Positions 10,276 to 21,209 of a stretch of DNA of 64,000 nt are shown here, in pieces. The notes below the pieces were generated by a model. That model saw only the letters and a program-made list of their open reading frames with translations. It made no database searches and was not told the DNA's origin. How positions within the stretch are numbered: position 1 is the first letter of the stretch; every line of letters starts with the position of its first letter. A program made the position numbers and the translations under genes. Source of the stretch: Bradymonadia bacterium (GTDB taxonomy: Bacteria; Myxococcota_A; Bradymonadia; UBA7976; UBA1532); assembly GCA_046290225.1 (NCBI GenBank), contig JBKAGE010000038.1, positions 32,001 to 96,000 on the forward strand, written 5' to 3'.

Positions 10276-11082
10276 GTGTTGAATGGATATCAGGGCCTCG
10301 CGTGCCCCGTCTGTGGGAGTGCCATCGAGGCCGCCGAGACGCCTGGGGCACACTGCACCGGCTGTGGGCGCTTTGCGCCGAGCGAAGATGGCTGTCTCGA
10401 CATGATGAGCGGTGTCTCGCTGCCGCCTTCGGGCATCGGACCCCAGCTCATGCACGTGCCCCCAGTGGCCCATATCTACGAGAAGTACTGGCGGCCGGCC
10501 TTCGTCACCGCCACCGCCCGTGGCCGCATCAGCTTCGAGCAGGAGCTCGTGCTCGTGGAGCGGTTCCTCCACCTCGCCGAGGGGGGTGACGTCCTCGATC
10601 TGAGCTGCGGCCCGGGTTTGTTCGGTCGCCGCCTCGCCCGCAGCAAACGCTTCGAGACGGTGTACGCCCTCGACCGCTCACGGGTGATGTTGGAGAAATG
10701 TCGGCAGCACTGCGCCGACGAGGGCATCGACACACTCAATCTGATCTGGGGCGACGCCCAGCGGCTGCCCTTTAAAGACAAGAGCCTCGCTGGGGTGCAC
10801 GCAGGCTTCGCGATCCACCTCTGGGAAGATCCTCAGGCCATCCTCGACGAGTGCGTACGGGTGCTGGCCCCTGGGGGCGTCTTCGTGGCGAGCACCATGT
10901 TGCGCCCCATGGGAGGCAAGGTGGGCGAGACCGTGAGCAAGATCAGCCGCGATCTGGCCCGCGTCTCGCTGTTCACCGAGACCGAGCTGCGCTCGATGTG
11001 CCACCGGGCCGACCTCCGACGCTTCTACGCCGTCACCCGTGGAGGCTTCATCGTCTTCAGGGCCGAGAGCGGCATCGCCTGA
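10276..11082 (+). CDS. Class I SAM-dependent methyltransferase with N-terminal Zn ribbon
   Basis: CPVC...CTGC, VLDLSCGPGLF, GDAQRLPF, RVLAPGG. Confidence 0.88.
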   Translation: MLNGYQGLACPVCGSAIEAAETPGAHCTGCGRFAPSEDGCLDMMSGVSLPPSGIGPQLMHVPPVAHIYEKYWRPAFVTATARGRISFEQELVLVERFLHLAEGGDVLDLSCGPGLFGRRLARSKRFETVYALDRSRVMLEKCRQHCADEGIDTLNLIWGDAQRLPFKDKSLAGVHAGFAIHLWEDPQAILDECVRVLAPGGVFVASTMLRPMGGKVGETVSKISRDLARVSLFTETELRSMCHRADLRRFYAVTRGGFIVFRAESGIA

Positions 11083-11103
11083 AGACAGCGAATGTCTGGC
11101 GTC

Positions 11104-12183
11104 TCAGGCGCTCACAGTACCCTGTGAAGTACTGGCCTTGGTGTCGTCGATCCACGGCGCCGCCTCTCGCACCAGCTGCACCACAGCGTCGGCCCAGGCA
11201 GGATGGGCGTTGAGCGAGGGGATCAACCGCAGCGACTCACCGCCCGCAGCCTTGAAGTCTTCCTCGGCCCGCATGCCGATCTCCTCGATGGTCTCGAGGC
11301 AATCAGCGACAAAGGCCGGACAGAACACCGCCACGCTCTTGATGCCCCGTTTGGGCAGAGACTCCACCAGCTCGTCGGTGTAGGGCTGGATCCACGGCGT
11401 CCGCCCGAGGCGGGACTGGAAGCATACAGTCCAGTCGCCCTCGGCGAGATCCAGACGCGCAGCCAGCGCCCGGGCGGTGGCGAAGCACTGAGCCCGGTAG
11501 CAGTTGCGGTTGGCGGCGTTGAGCGTGGCACAGCAGTTCGGCGCCTTGAGGCAGTGCGAGCCGCTTTCATCACTCTTGTGCATGTGACGCTCTGGCAGCC
11601 CGTGGAAGCTGAAGAGCACGTGATCAGGCTTCATCTCTTCGAGGTGGGGGCGGCCCACCTGAGCGAAAGCGTCGATGAAGGCCGGATGATCGAAGAACGG
11701 CGGCACCGCGGTGATGTAGGGCGTGTTCCAACGAGTGGCAGCCTCGCGATACACCTTCTCCAGAGAGGAGCCTGTGCTGCTCGAGGCGTACTGAGGGTAG
11801 AGCGGGATCACCACCAGGCGATCGCAGCCCCGACCCTTGAGCGCCTCGAGACCCGCGGCGATGCTGGGGTTGCCATAGCGCATGGCCAGCTCTACCGGGC
11901 AGTCCCGCAGCCGGTTTTGCACCTCGGTGGTGAGCTTCTGACTCTCCACGAGGAGCGGGCTCCCTGCCTGACCCCAAATCTTCTCGTACGCCTCGGCGGA
12001 CTTCCGCGGCCTCAAGGGCAGGATGATGGCGTTGAGGAGCATGAACCGCCCGACACTGTTGATGTCGAGCACACGAGGATCATTGAGGAACTCCCGCAAA
12101 TAGCGGCGAACCTCTCGGGGGCGGGGGGCATCTGGGGTGCCCAGGTTGACCAGCAGGATACCGGTGGTCGGCGTGGTGGTCAT
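11104..12183 (-). CDS. hemH: Ferrochelatase
   Basis: GILLVNLGTP, PLYPQY, FSFHGLP, FQSRLG..PW, FVADCLET.EEI. Confidence 0.97.
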   Translation of the reverse strand: MTTTPTTGILLVNLGTPDAPRPREVRRYLREFLNDPRVLDINSVGRFMLLNAIILPLRPRKSAEAYEKIWGQAGSPLLVESQKLTTEVQNRLRDCPVELAMRYGNPSIAAGLEALKGRGCDRLVVIPLYPQYASSSTGSSLEKVYREAATRWNTPYITAVPPFFDHPAFIDAFAQVGRPHLEEMKPDHVLFSFHGLPERHMHKSDESGSHCLKAPNCCATLNAANRNCYRAQCFATARALAARLDLAEGDWTVCFQSRLGRTPWIQPYTDELVESLPKRGIKSVAVFCPAFVADCLETIEEIGMRAEEDFKAAGGESLRLIPSLNAHPAWADAVVQLVREAAPWIDDTKASTSQGTVSA

Positions 12184-12293
12184 GATGCGTGCCTTGGCGC
12201 TGATGGGTGATGTGACAACGATGCAGAGCACCCCCGACGGTTGCGTGGTTGATCACGCACGACGCCCCGAGGGCTCAACGGGGAGGCACCCTC

Positions 12294-14354
12294 TCACGCA
12301 CCTGAGTCAGCGTCCAGCACCCCGTGCAGAAATGCGTACACCTCCACCTGCTCGCGGACAGTGTCGCTCCGGGACTTCCCGGCACCGTGGCCCACCGCTC
12401 GGCGGAACCGCATCAGGATGGGGGCCTCCGCGGCCTGGGCCTCTTGCAGCGCGGCGACAAATTTCGCCGTGTGGGCCCAGTGTACCCGGGTGTCCTGCTC
12501 GGCGGTGGTGCACATCACCGCGGGGTAGCGAACCCCGCTCACCACTTGATGGTAGGGCGAATAGGCCCAGATGTACCCCGCCTGCTCGGGATCGTCGGCG
12601 CAGCCGTACTCGTCGACCCACAGAGCCCCCGGGGGGAAGGTGTGGAACCGCACCATGTCATACAAGCCTACCTGACCTACAGCGCCAGCGAAGAGGTGTG
12701 GAGCCCGGGTGATGAGGGCGCCGACGAGCAGGCCGCCGTTGCTGCCTCCCATGATGGCCAGCCTGTCCGGGCGGGAGTATCCCTCGCGGTGCAGCGCCCG
12801 CATGGCGAACTCGAAGTCCTCGAAGACCTGGAACTTGTTGGCCTTCATCCCCCCCTGATGCCAGGCCTCGCCACGCTCTCCGCCGCCTCTCAGGTGGGCC
12901 ACGGCGTATACACCGCCCTGCTCCAACCAGTAGATGACGTTGCGAGAAAACGATGGGGTGAGGCTCATGTTGAAGCCGCCATACCCGTACAGGATGGTGG
13001 GGTGGGTGCCGTCGAGGTCGATGCCCTTACGGTGGATCACCCGCATGGGCACGCGGGTGCCGTCGTAGCTCGTGAAGGGCAGCTCAGTCACCGTGAAGGC
13101 TGATGTGTCGACATCGCTCTCCACCGCCCGGTGTGTCGTGAGCACGCCATCAGCGCCGAGGTGCATGAGGGCTGGCGGCACGAAGTAGGACTGGAACATC
13201 AACCAGGCCGAGTCACGGCTCGGATGGGCCCAGAGCTCATTGATCGCACCCACAGCAGGCAAGGTGACCTCGCCGAGCAACTTGCCTGAGCGATCCCAAC
13301 GGCGCAGGCGGCTCAGCGCATCCTCGGCATGCACCGACACGATGCCCCAGCGTGTCAGCGACGCCGCCTTGAGCGGTGCCTCGCTCTCAGGCAACACCAC
13401 CTTCCAATCCGCCCGTTCCGGGTGCTGGGGATCAATGGACACGAGGGTGCCATTACAGGCCCCATAGGTGCTCACCACGAAGATCCGACCGTCCACCACC
13501 TGCAGGCCGCTGAAAGTCCCCTCCCCATCTGGGTCCACCGAGCGCCAGGTGTCCGACGACAGGTCGAGGATCTCCAAAGTGGCCTTCTGCCAGTTGACGA
13601 AGCGCACCACCACCAGCACCGAGCCGTCCTCGCTCAGCACCGCACCAGGCCAGTCGGTCCGGGCAGGCAGCTGTGTCTTCCCGGCGATGAGCGGATCATC
13701 CGCAGGATCAGCCCCGAGCGTGTGGTGATACACCGCTCGATCGTAGGCCTCTTCGTTGGGGAACCGTGTGTAATAGAACCCCGTGTTGTCGGGGGTCCAG
13801 GCCAGGGAGGCCGCCCGGGTGAAGGGGATCTCGTCTGGCAGGTGAGCTCCGGTGTCGATGTCGAGCACCCTGAGCGTGCTGATCTCGTTGCCTTCTCGCG
13901 ATGTGCCGTAGGCCAGCAAACGACCATCACGTGAGGGGAAGTACCAGTCGAGGGCAGTGCGGCCGTCGAGAGAGAGCACATTGGGATCAACGATGGCCTG
14001 GGGCGCCTCACCGGCACGCTCCACATAGAGGACAGGTTGCTCCTGATCGCCAGAGCGCATGGCGAAGAAGAGCCTGCGGGCGTCTCCCTCACCTGTGGCG
14101 CTCACCCCGCCAAGCGTGCCGATGGCCATGAGCTCTTCGAGGCGGACCGCCATGCCCGAGCGCGGGTGCGCCTCGAGCCATTGATCCGTCAGATGATTTT
14201 GGTGGTCGATCCAGGGGCCTGCAGCCTCGAGAGACTCGAGGGGGCGGAAGGGGTCAGCGATTTGCAGTGGCCCGCGGGACTCGACGTGCTCACCACGGGG
14301 GGGGTGAATGGGGGCCATCGACAGCCTCTCGATTGATGTGGCCTCCAGCATCAT
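12294..14354 (-). CDS. Prolyl oligopeptidase (S9A)
   Basis: YGYGGF, RGGGE.GE.WH, nucleophile motif GGSNGG, DTRV, GHG. Confidence 0.95.
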   Translation of the reverse strand: MMLEATSIERLSMAPIHPPRGEHVESRGPLQIADPFRPLESLEAAGPWIDHQNHLTDQWLEAHPRSGMAVRLEELMAIGTLGGVSATGEGDARRLFFAMRSGDQEQPVLYVERAGEAPQAIVDPNVLSLDGRTALDWYFPSRDGRLLAYGTSREGNEISTLRVLDIDTGAHLPDEIPFTRAASLAWTPDNTGFYYTRFPNEEAYDRAVYHHTLGADPADDPLIAGKTQLPARTDWPGAVLSEDGSVLVVVRFVNWQKATLEILDLSSDTWRSVDPDGEGTFSGLQVVDGRIFVVSTYGACNGTLVSIDPQHPERADWKVVLPESEAPLKAASLTRWGIVSVHAEDALSRLRRWDRSGKLLGEVTLPAVGAINELWAHPSRDSAWLMFQSYFVPPALMHLGADGVLTTHRAVESDVDTSAFTVTELPFTSYDGTRVPMRVIHRKGIDLDGTHPTILYGYGGFNMSLTPSFSRNVIYWLEQGGVYAVAHLRGGGERGEAWHQGGMKANKFQVFEDFEFAMRALHREGYSRPDRLAIMGGSNGGLLVGALITRAPHLFAGAVGQVGLYDMVRFHTFPPGALWVDEYGCADDPEQAGYIWAYSPYHQVVSGVRYPAVMCTTAEQDTRVHWAHTAKFVAALQEAQAAEAPILMRFRRAVGHGAGKSRSDTVREQVEVYAFLHGVLDADSGA

Positions 14355-14418
14355 GGTGGGCGCGGGGCAGGGTCAAGATCGTCCACGATGTCTCACAGCA
14401 GGCACTCTGAGACATCTT

Positions 14419-15687
14419 TCAAATCGATAATGCCAGGACTGTACCCAGAGCGATCCCCACCGCGAGGAGCGGCCACTTCATCCGCTCCACCCACCCGCTC
14501 CCGGCGGACCAGGGCTCCGGCGTGTGCTCTCGATGAATCTCCACATCGGCCTGCGCTGGCGCTTCCTCCGACTCAGGCTCTGCTTGAGCGTGGCCGTCAT
14601 CGGCGAGCGAGACCTGGAGTTCCCCCTGGCCCCATGGCACCTCGCGATACGGAGGCAGCACCACAGGAGGCGTCTCATCCAGCGGCCCGAGTGCGCCGCT
14701 CTCCCTAATGCTCGCCTCAGCGGCGGCTTCGTGGGCCGCCTGCAGCTCGTTCATGCTGTCGACGGGCACCGGCGTGGGGCTGTGAATCGCCTCCTTCAGG
14801 GCCTGGGCGAAGACGCCGGCGTGCACGAAGCGCGCCCCAGGCGACTTGGCCAGGGCCTGGATCAGCACCGCATCCACAGCGCCGGGCCACTCGTCGTCGG
14901 GGGCCATGTCCTGAGGGTGGGGCGGGTTGGCGTGATGATGCAGCCACTGCAGGCGGGCCACCGGGTCGAGGCCTGCCTCCTCGGCGCGCTCGTCTCGAGG
15001 CTCGAACGGGTAGCGGCCGGTCCGCAGACGCCATGCGAGGACGGCGAGGGCATAGACATCGGCAGCAGGCCCTGGGGGCTGTCCCATGAAACGCTCGGGG
15101 GCGAGATAGGGCGACGCCGCTGACACAGGCGGCGGGCGAAAGGCTGCGGTGATGCCCCCATCGATGATCTTCACCACCTCGAGATCAGCGCCGGACCACA
15201 ACACGTGTTGGATACGGATGTCTCCGTGGCACAGCCCGCGCTCGTGCAGAGCACCTACAGCTTCGGCCACGCGGATGATGAGAGGCAGCGCCACCCCTGC
15301 AGGCAACCGCACGCCACCTTGCACCGCTTTGCCCAGGCTGGTGAAGGGCAGCCACTCAGTGATGAGATAGGGCGTCTCGTCCATGAGCCGGCCGTGGGAG
15401 TAGGACCGCTCGAGATCGGGACAGTCCAGGGTGCGCACCACCTCGACGTGGGTGGCCAGCCGCTCCATGGCCTCGGGCTCTCGGGCCTCGGGCAGGGTGA
15501 ACACCTTCAACGCTCTGCGGGTGGTCCCCACCCCAGGTGGCTCCACCTCGTAGGTCACCGTTCGCGGCCCTGCGTGGATCGTACGCAGCACCCGATAACG
15601 CCCGTCGATCACATGCCCTTCGAGGCGGTGTAGATCACAGGGGGACGACAGGGCCTGATGCCCCTCGCTCGCGAGTCCATATCTCAT
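14419..15687 (-). CDS. Degenerate Ser/Thr protein kinase (probable pseudokinase) with C-terminal TM
   Basis: IDGRYRVL, ALKV, HGDIRIQH, KIIDGG, YLAPE, ADVYALA, and a hydrophobic C-terminus. The start is uncertain (15687 or 15711). Confidence 0.8.
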   Translation of the reverse strand: MRYGLASEGHQALSSPCDLHRLEGHVIDGRYRVLRTIHAGPRTVTYEVEPPGVGTTRRALKVFTLPEAREPEAMERLATHVEVVRTLDCPDLERSYSHGRLMDETPYLITEWLPFTSLGKAVQGGVRLPAGVALPLIIRVAEAVGALHERGLCHGDIRIQHVLWSGADLEVVKIIDGGITAAFRPPPVSAASPYLAPERFMGQPPGPAADVYALAVLAWRLRTGRYPFEPRDERAEEAGLDPVARLQWLHHHANPPHPQDMAPDDEWPGAVDAVLIQALAKSPGARFVHAGVFAQALKEAIHSPTPVPVDSMNELQAAHEAAAEASIRESGALGPLDETPPVVLPPYREVPWGQGELQVSLADDGHAQAEPESEEAPAQADVEIHREHTPEPWSAGSGWVERMKWPLLAVGIALGTVLALSI

Positions 15688-15799
15688 AGTCGGTCGCCTC
15701 AGACCCCACACCTGCTCGGCGGGGGGTTCTCCAACATCGGCTCCGACATCGGCACCTGGAGATCAGAACTGGAGCTTCGGCAGGGAATGACCCAGAGGC

Positions 15800-17614
15800 T
15801 CAGCGCACAGCGAGGGAGATCGAGGTGAACCGCTGCCCTTCACCGAGGGCCCTGAGCTGATCCATCAACAGCGCCAGGGCTGCGAGGCTCATGTCGCCGC
15901 CGCATCGAATCACCACCGACTCTCGCGCGCCTTGTGGGCCCAGCCCCTTCAGCGCCCTGGACAACGCCTTCACGCTGAGCGTGCCCTGTGGGCTGATCTC
16001 GATACGATCAGTGCTCCGGGCCAGTGTGTCCCCTTTGGTGCCCTGCACAGTGAGGGTGGCCTGACGTTGACCGATGTAGACCACGACAGCCCCTTCGGGC
16101 GGCATCGCGGCACGATCGCTGCTCAGCGCATAGGGCAGGCCCTTGAGGGTGCCTGCCTGACGGGCCACCAGCATCAGCCCCTCAAAGCCCGCCCTGAGCA
16201 AAGATGTGCTCACCAGTGCCAGGGCCTGAGCGTCGAGGCTCTGATCGAGGGCCACGAGGGCCATGCCGCCACCCTGCCCTGCCCCTTTCATCGCAGCGTC
16301 GAGGTTGCGCAGCCACGATGACTTGCCATCAGTGGTGAGGGCGCCTGCCAGAGACTTCTTCGATGCAGCCGGCAAGCCAGGTACGGCACCTGCTGTCGTG
16401 GTGAGCCCTTCAGTGCCACCGATGACGAAGGGGCGCTCCATCACCCCTTCACCGCGACTGATCATGGGCAGGCTCACTTCTAGACGACCGACCTCCTCTT
16501 CGAAGGACTTCGGCCATGTCGCCACCGGCGCTGCAGCATCGGGCGGATCGGCCGGCTCGGGATCATCACCGCTCAGGACCATGATCGCCACGCCAGCACC
16601 TGCCCCCAGAACAGAGAGGCCCACGACCCACGGCAACCACTTCCGCCCTGCGCCCTTCGGCTGGCGCCGTGCTGCCCGCTGGGGTCGCCTCTGTGGCTTC
16701 GTCTCGATCGGAGGTGCAGGCTCCGGGGGTGCCTCCGCCGGGATCTGCCCCCCGAGCGCCAGGGGCTCAGTGGGCGACACCGGCGGCTCTCCTTCGAGCT
16801 CCGGCACCATGGCATCCATCATCCGGGTAGAAGTGACACCGCCAGCCCTCGGTGCCGCAGGGGCCTCTGGCGCAGGGGCTTCTGGGGACTGGGGCCTTGA
16901 GGCTGGTGGCTCGAAAGAAGGGGCAGCGAGATCTTCGTCGGAGACCGCCGCCATGACCCGGGTCTGGCGTGGGCTCGTCGCCGAGTCTGGTGCCGGTGTC
17001 GGCGCTTCGTCTCCAGGCATCACCAGGGGACCGCGTTCGAAGGGGTTCTTCTTTTTCCTGGGCGTCGGCGCAGGCGGATCCAAGGTGATGGGGGTCTCGT
17101 CGAGGGGCAACAGCTCGGGCGCCTCTGTGAGGTGTGGCGTCTCCAGAGCTGGCGGCTCCACCGGCGCTGGGGCCCTCGGCAGAGGATTCTGCGGTAGAGG
17201 AGTCTGCAGCTGGGGACTCTGCAGCTGGGGGCTCTGGGGGATGGGGGCCGGCACCGCCGGCATCGGCACCCGTGGTGTAGAGGGCGGGGCATCAAAGCCA
17301 TGTGCTCCCTGCTCCAAGGCAGCACGGCGGCGGGCGCTCTCACCGAGACCCTCGATGGCTGCTGACGCCAGGATCCCCGATGACTCCTGCCCCGGGTGTC
17401 GATGCAGCTCGTCGAGCGGCGCGAGATCGATGGGTGACAAGGCCATCGTGCGGGCCTCGGGCGCCACCTCTGCACTCAGAGTTTCGAGCTCGTCAGCGTC
17501 GGGCTCGTAGGGCTCCAACGGACGACGACACTGCGGACACGGCACCTCGTTGCCGTCCGCCGGCATCTGCAGTTCGAACAGCTGCTCGCAGTGAAAGCAG
17601 GCTTGGTAGGCCAC
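15800..17614 (-). CDS. Zn-ribbon + Pro-rich linker + TM + two ExbD/TolR-like domains
   Basis: CFHC...CPQC at the N-terminus, a long Pro-rich region, TM WLPWVVGLSVLGAGAGVAIMVL, and ExbD-like C-terminal segments. Confidence 0.65.
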   Translation of the reverse strand: MAYQACFHCEQLFELQMPADGNEVPCPQCRRPLEPYEPDADELETLSAEVAPEARTMALSPIDLAPLDELHRHPGQESSGILASAAIEGLGESARRRAALEQGAHGFDAPPSTPRVPMPAVPAPIPQSPQLQSPQLQTPLPQNPLPRAPAPVEPPALETPHLTEAPELLPLDETPITLDPPAPTPRKKKNPFERGPLVMPGDEAPTPAPDSATSPRQTRVMAAVSDEDLAAPSFEPPASRPQSPEAPAPEAPAAPRAGGVTSTRMMDAMVPELEGEPPVSPTEPLALGGQIPAEAPPEPAPPIETKPQRRPQRAARRQPKGAGRKWLPWVVGLSVLGAGAGVAIMVLSGDDPEPADPPDAAAPVATWPKSFEEEVGRLEVSLPMISRGEGVMERPFVIGGTEGLTTTAGAVPGLPAASKKSLAGALTTDGKSSWLRNLDAAMKGAGQGGGMALVALDQSLDAQALALVSTSLLRAGFEGLMLVARQAGTLKGLPYALSSDRAAMPPEGAVVVYIGQRQATLTVQGTKGDTLARSTDRIEISPQGTLSVKALSRALKGLGPQGARESVVIRCGGDMSLAALALLMDQLRALGEGQRFTSISLAVR

Positions 17615-17788
17615 GACAATCAGCCCTGTGTGAAGCTTGGAGCGGAGGCCGCCGCAGTGCTGACAGCCTCAACTCTCCTCTTAACATAGCCGATAGGCGG
17701 GACCAAACCGCCGCAACATCGCAGGGGCTTTGGCAGATGCTTTTGCAAGGTTGCAGTGAACCTTCCTCGGACTTAGGGTGCACGCCAT

Positions 17789-18745
17789 ATGGGACACTTT
17801 TTCGCCTTCCTCAACAGGCTCCCCTTCAACCTGCGCGTCAGTCGGGGCACCAGCATCCTTGTCGGTGTGATGGTTACATGTAGCCTTCTCGCCGCTTGGG
17901 GGATGTTTACTCACTGGCTCATACTCTCCCAACATACAATTCCCCGCCTGGAGCTGACTGCCCTACTCACAAACACTTTCGTTGAGGGTGGTGGCCCCCT
18001 GAGATACATTTTCGTCCTGGCCATCGGAGGATTTTTCCTTCAAGACAAGCTGAGGTGGATGTGGCAGAGGCAACGCAATGACCTGATTACTTTTGGCTCG
18101 CTCCTGCTCATTGTCCCCCTAGCCATCAGCTTGCTGTTCGATCCGATTTGGGGCCTCGCATCCTCAGTAGTGCTGTTTATGTGGTTCATCCCACACCTCG
18201 AATCTCGTTGGGGGCTCAGGAAGTTTCTGACCTTTATCACCATCATCACAGTGACGACGAATCTGGTCGGTGCAATTCTCCTTTGGCTGTGGCCAATTGA
18301 GTTTCCCCCCGTCTCTGGAGGCTTCCTGACAGTCGTCGAAGTCACGCCGACATCCTTTGGAGCGATGGAAGCCCTCCTCGGCTCAAGTCATGTGTTCCCT
18401 ACGGGCAGTCAGCCCCTCATCAACGCCATGCTCACGGTGTGGGCGCTGTCTCTGGGACGTGGGGGCAAGCTGGCCATCCTGAACATCGAGCCCTACAAGC
18501 TCGTGTACGTCATCGCAGCCCTCGCGGGGCTGGAGGCGATCTTCAGTGGCTTCGCCAGCGGGATGATGTCCCTTGCAGCCATCGGCGTGGCCTGGATGCT
18601 GGTGCGGGGTGTCTACAACCCCAAACTCATCATCGATCGCATCAGGCTGTTCTTCATCGAGCGACGCCTCGAGAAACGCCGGCAGGGCTTCAAGGTGGTT
18701 CAAGGGGGCAAAGATGGTGGCCCCAAGGGCCCCACACTTCACTGA
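17789..18745 (+). CDS. Rhomboid-like multi-pass membrane protein, probably catalytically inactive
   Basis: Multiple TMs, LESRWGLRKFL motif, C-terminal FKVVQGGK...LH. No GxSG or His catalytic motifs. Confidence 0.65.
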   Translation: MGHFFAFLNRLPFNLRVSRGTSILVGVMVTCSLLAAWGMFTHWLILSQHTIPRLELTALLTNTFVEGGGPLRYIFVLAIGGFFLQDKLRWMWQRQRNDLITFGSLLLIVPLAISLLFDPIWGLASSVVLFMWFIPHLESRWGLRKFLTFITIITVTTNLVGAILLWLWPIEFPPVSGGFLTVVEVTPTSFGAMEALLGSSHVFPTGSQPLINAMLTVWALSLGRGGKLAILNIEPYKLVYVIAALAGLEAIFSGFASGMMSLAAIGVAWMLVRGVYNPKLIIDRIRLFFIERRLEKRRQGFKVVQGGKDGGPKGPTLH

Positions 18746-18762
18746 CGCATTCGGATCCTCTC

Positions 18763-18978
18763 ATGCCCAAGACCCGCCGCTGCCGTATTTGCGGTGGCCC
18801 AGTGCCCCCCAAGACCCCACCTGAAAACAACACTTACTGGCCCCTGTGCAGCGAGCGCTGCCACATGGTCGATCTCGACCACTGGCTCACCGGTGACTAC
18901 GTGATATCCAGGCCACTGCTGCCTGGCGCAGCAACAGCGCCAGGTGCAGGGAACCAGGAGGATTCGGAAGAGCCGTGA
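18763..18978 (+). CDS. yacG: DNA gyrase inhibitor YacG
   Basis: CRICG...YWPLCSERCHMVDLDHWLTGDYVI. ATG 18763 lies inside the track ORF 18439..18978. Confidence 0.88.
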   Translation: MPKTRRCRICGGPVPPKTPPENNTYWPLCSERCHMVDLDHWLTGDYVISRPLLPGAATAPGAGNQEDSEEP

Positions 18979-19096
18979 GGGCCTGCGGCCTCGGCACCAC
19001 ACAGCTTGTGTGATGACTTTCTCTCCCGCTGTTGCCGGGTGTGGTATCTTCCCCCACGCTCAGCAACGTGTCACTGGTGGAACCTGACTCTCGGTC

Positions 19097-21202
<2,106 letters not shown>

Positions 21203-21209
21203 AGGCCAG

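Noticed and set aside
17731..17746. TGGCAG...TTGC sigma54-like site
   Set aside because: The GG-to-GC spacing is 11 nt, not the required 10.
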